Source: an uncultured virus (IMG/VR IMGVR_UViG_3300030085_003924) (lineage: Duplodnaviria; Heunggongvirae; Uroviricota; Caudoviricetes). Taken from it: DNA of 20,000 bases. Location: positions 54,675 through 74,674 of the IMG/VR virus record IMGVR_UViG_3300030085_003924. One strand, written 5' to 3'. This document shows, one piece after another, positions 18,038 to 20,000 of this stretch (position 1 is the stretch's first letter; every line of letters begins with the position of its first letter). A program made the translations under genes and the position numbers. Below the pieces are notes generated by a model that saw nothing but the letters and a program-made list of their open reading frames with translations, searched no databases and was not told the origin of the DNA.

Positions 18038-18226
18038 ATGACGAATTGGACAAGGTATTACGAAGATTATGAGGAGGAACTTCATAGTGAAACCACTCGT
18101 AAATCTGTAAAACAAACTAAGAAGAAGAAAACTTGGAAACAGATGAACGAACAGAAAAAGGATAAACCACGAAAGCAGTGGCAAAAAAAGAAAAGGAAGT
18201 CAAGAAATGAAAAGGGGATTAAGTAG
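18038..18226 (+). CDS. Small charge-polarised hypothetical protein (acidic N-terminus, Lys/Arg-rich C-terminus)
   Basis: GGAG RBS and promoter upstream; YYEDYEEE followed by KKKK/KKKRK tracts. Confidence 0.7.
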   Translation: MTNWTRYYEDYEEELHSETTRKSVKQTKKKKTWKQMNEQKKDKPRKQWQKKKRKSRNEKGIK

Positions 18227-18749
18227 TCTATTATTAATATTATTTATTGGTTGTTCAGATTCAACATCAGTATTTGAACCAAAAGAACCAGATGTAATAA
18301 GGATAGAACTTGATTATGGATTAAATAGTGAGTATCCGTTATCAAAAGATAACAATGGATATTATCACATGACATTGGGTAATACCTGGCAAACCACACA
18401 ACGAATTAGTGGAACTGCTTATATAAATGATGTACCACTTGAGGTGTTGAGAGTCGAATGGGAATCCGATTTATTTTGGTATCTCGGAGATACTTTGGGG
18501 TATATTGTCAATAGAAATTTTAATGATGATGGAATGTATGTATCGGTGGATACTTCATATGTAACAGGATTCAATGGAATGGAAGTTCCCACAATTAATT
18601 GCTGTAGTTATAGTAATTCATATGGGGAAGTCAATACAATGATAGCACCAGTTCAAACTATGGTTGGAGATACAATGACCATCAGAATGTATTTTTGGAA
18701 CAACAATTATGAATTAGTAGAGGAGTTTATTCATATTGTATTAAAGTAG
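18207..18749 (+). CDS. Hypothetical lipoprotein (beta-rich)
   Basis: MKR + hydrophobic stretch + lipobox LFIG-C; acidic, aromatic-rich mature domain with a CC pair. Confidence 0.75.
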   Translation: MKRGLSSLLLILFIGCSDSTSVFEPKEPDVIRIELDYGLNSEYPLSKDNNGYYHMTLGNTWQTTQRISGTAYINDVPLEVLRVEWESDLFWYLGDTLGYIVNRNFNDDGMYVSVDTSYVTGFNGMEVPTINCCSYSNSYGEVNTMIAPVQTMVGDTMTIRMYFWNNNYELVEEFIHIVLK

Positions 18750-18758
18750 GAGAGTAAA

Positions 18759-19010
18759 GTGAAATATGTGTTGGTGGATAAGTATGATAATATCATCACT
18801 TCAGTTGACCTTGCAAGTAATGTAGGTTTAAGTGGTGCAAAAACTTATTTTGTAGGTATAAAACAAATAGATGAAAATGAATTTGACAAACTATGGAAAG
18901 TGATGTCAGAGAAGGATTATGATTTACAATTTAAGGCATCTTTACAAAATAGACAATATAAATGGTGGGAAGAAGATAAAGCAATAACGGATGACGAATT
19001 GAAAATTTAG
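18759..19010 (+). CDS. Hypothetical protein (83 aa)
   Basis: GTG start preceded by AGGAG; contiguous with neighbours. Confidence 0.72.
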   Translation: MKYVLVDKYDNIITSVDLASNVGLSGAKTYFVGIKQIDENEFDKLWKVMSEKDYDLQFKASLQNRQYKWWEEDKAITDDELKI

Positions 19011-19024
19011 AAAAGAGAAAGGTT

Positions 19025-19288
19025 ATGAGTAAAAAAGATAAATTAACTCCTGAACAAGAGAAGGAGTTGATTATGTTAGCGGCCGAAATCGAGGCCGAAG
19101 CAATCAAAATGAAAATAGATTATGAAAACAATCCATCCGAGGAAAGTGGAAGTGTTGTTTTTGTAAATGAAAGGAGTTCTTTGTTAGAAGATGAGGATGA
19201 AGAATTAGGACATCAGGCACTTGTCAGTAGTACACAGATACTTAAAAAAGAACTCGAAAAACAGAAGAAAAACGGAGATAAAAAATGA
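19025..19288 (+). CDS. Hypothetical acidic protein (87 aa)
   Basis: Contiguous + strand ORF with ATGA overlap to the next gene. Confidence 0.68.
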   Translation: MSKKDKLTPEQEKELIMLAAEIEAEAIKMKIDYENNPSEESGSVVFVNERSSLLEDEDEELGHQALVSSTQILKKELEKQKKNGDKK

Positions 19289-19533
19289 CAGATGTGTTAT
19301 GGGTTTTAGTTGGAATAATTATTGGCTCAATAGGTGGAGTGCTTAGTATTTCATTGGTTAGTGCTGGTAGATTTGAAGATAAAGAAAAAGAAATCCAAGA
19401 TTTAAGAACTCAAAGAGAATTACTCAAAGAAGAAATATTTAGATTGAGTAAACCAAGACGAGGTAAACCACAACCAAGAAAGAAAAGATACTACAAACCA
19501 AAAAATAATCAACCTAAGAACAAAAAAGTTTAA
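19285..19533 (+). CDS. Small membrane-anchored protein (N-terminal TM helix, coiled coil, basic tail)
   Basis: VLWVLVGIIIGSIGGVLSISLV hydrophobic segment, KEKEIQDLRTQRELLKEEI heptads, K/R-rich tail; GGAG RBS. Confidence 0.75.
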   Translation: MTDVLWVLVGIIIGSIGGVLSISLVSAGRFEDKEKEIQDLRTQRELLKEEIFRLSKPRRGKPQPRKKRYYKPKNNQPKNKKV

Positions 19534-19575
19534 ATTACATATATTTATATATATTATAACTTACATGGAATTTAA

Positions 19576-19863
19576 ATGCCAATCAAAAAACTTAATAAAG
19601 CAATAAACAATCCACCAATAGGACCTGATAATGTTCATGGTGGAGACGGACTGCCTGATTGGATGCAGTTCACCATAACTTTATTGATGTTTGGTGCATT
19701 TGGTGGTATAATATTGTTATTATTTGATAAAGATAGTTATGAATTAGATGAAAAGTTTAGAGATTTACTTAATATTATAGTTGGTACATTTTTAGCGTCA
19801 TTCGGTAAAGTTGTTGACTTTTGGTTTAAACACGATAAGTCAAAAAAGACCGAATCACAATGA
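19576..19863 (+). CDS. Two-TM small membrane protein, holin-like
   Basis: Two hydrophobic segments (FTITLLMFGAFGGIILLLF; LLNIIVGTFLASFGKVVDFWF) and charged C-terminal tail; directly upstream of a probable endolysin. Confidence 0.55.
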   Translation: MPIKKLNKAINNPPIGPDNVHGGDGLPDWMQFTITLLMFGAFGGIILLLFDKDSYELDEKFRDLLNIIVGTFLASFGKVVDFWFKHDKSKKTESQ

Positions 19864-20000
19864 TAAATGTTATAATAAACTTTATTAAGAATCTATTTAT
19901 TAGTGAAGGTGAAAAACCAACAAAGGTTATCACAGAAACACAAAAGGAGATAGAAGATATGCCGATTTTAGATACATTTGAAGAAATCATAGATAAGGTA
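19860..20000 (+). CDS. Partial CDS (not in ORF track), probable N-terminus of a GH108-family lysozyme/endolysin
   Basis: Open from ATG 19860 (ATGA overlap) to the edge: MINVIINFIKNLFISEGEKPTKVITETQKEIEDMPILDTFEEIIDKV. FEEIIDKV resembles the F...I..vl..EGG start of GH108, but the diagnostic EGGY lies beyond the window. Confidence 0.5.
   Translation, partial: MINVIINFIKNLFISEGEKPTKVITETQKEIEDMPILDTFEEIIDKV

Noticed and set aside
3603..18184. Minus-strand ORFs in the track (3603, 4346, 5216, 8473, 9353, 11468, 11622, 12111, 12765, 13413, 14166, 15595, 15668, 17966)
   Set aside because: Short, almost entirely antisense to well-supported + strand genes, with no motifs; shadow ORFs.
1..20000. CRISPR arrays, tRNA/rRNA, IS elements, introns/inteins, tandem repeats, stop-codon recoding
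   Set aside because: None seen. Intergenic gaps are under 50 nt, proteins lack large insertions, and TAA, TGA and TAG all end genes at sensible boundaries.

Overview
AT-rich (roughly 30-33% GC by eye), gene-dense 20 kb window. All ~30 real genes are on the + strand, mostly translationally coupled (ATGA/TAATG overlaps) with AGGAG-type Shine-Dalgarno motifs. It reads best as a piece of a large, probably aquatic, bacteriophage genome (inference): no housekeeping genes, extreme GATC avoidance, a run of small hypotheticals, and a holin-like gene followed by a probable GH108 endolysin start at the right edge. There are three parts. (1) 18-13269 is a 15-gene glycan synthesis and decoration cluster (DUF5672, sulfotransferase, GT11, FkbM methyltransferase, two DegT aminotransferases, Gmd, RmlD-like, six further glycosyltransferase-like genes, NodU/CmcH carbamoyltransferase) with no flippase, polymerase or exporter in the window. 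(2) 13259-16816 is a coupled module: P-loop kinase, apt, DUF6580 S-component-like transporter, BtuG-like cobalamin-binding beta-propeller lipoprotein, a QueF-like T-fold protein lacking the catalytic cysteine, and a DUF5522-like Cys-rich domain fused to an MTA/SAH nucleosidase; an NDP-sugar epimerase follows. (3) From 17988 a sigma70-type promoter precedes small hypothetical, lipoprotein and membrane genes and a putative lysis cassette. The best candidate for an undescribed system is part 2, a putative virus-encoded B12-capture plus purine/deazapurine salvage module. All family calls are from recalled motifs; no database searches were run.
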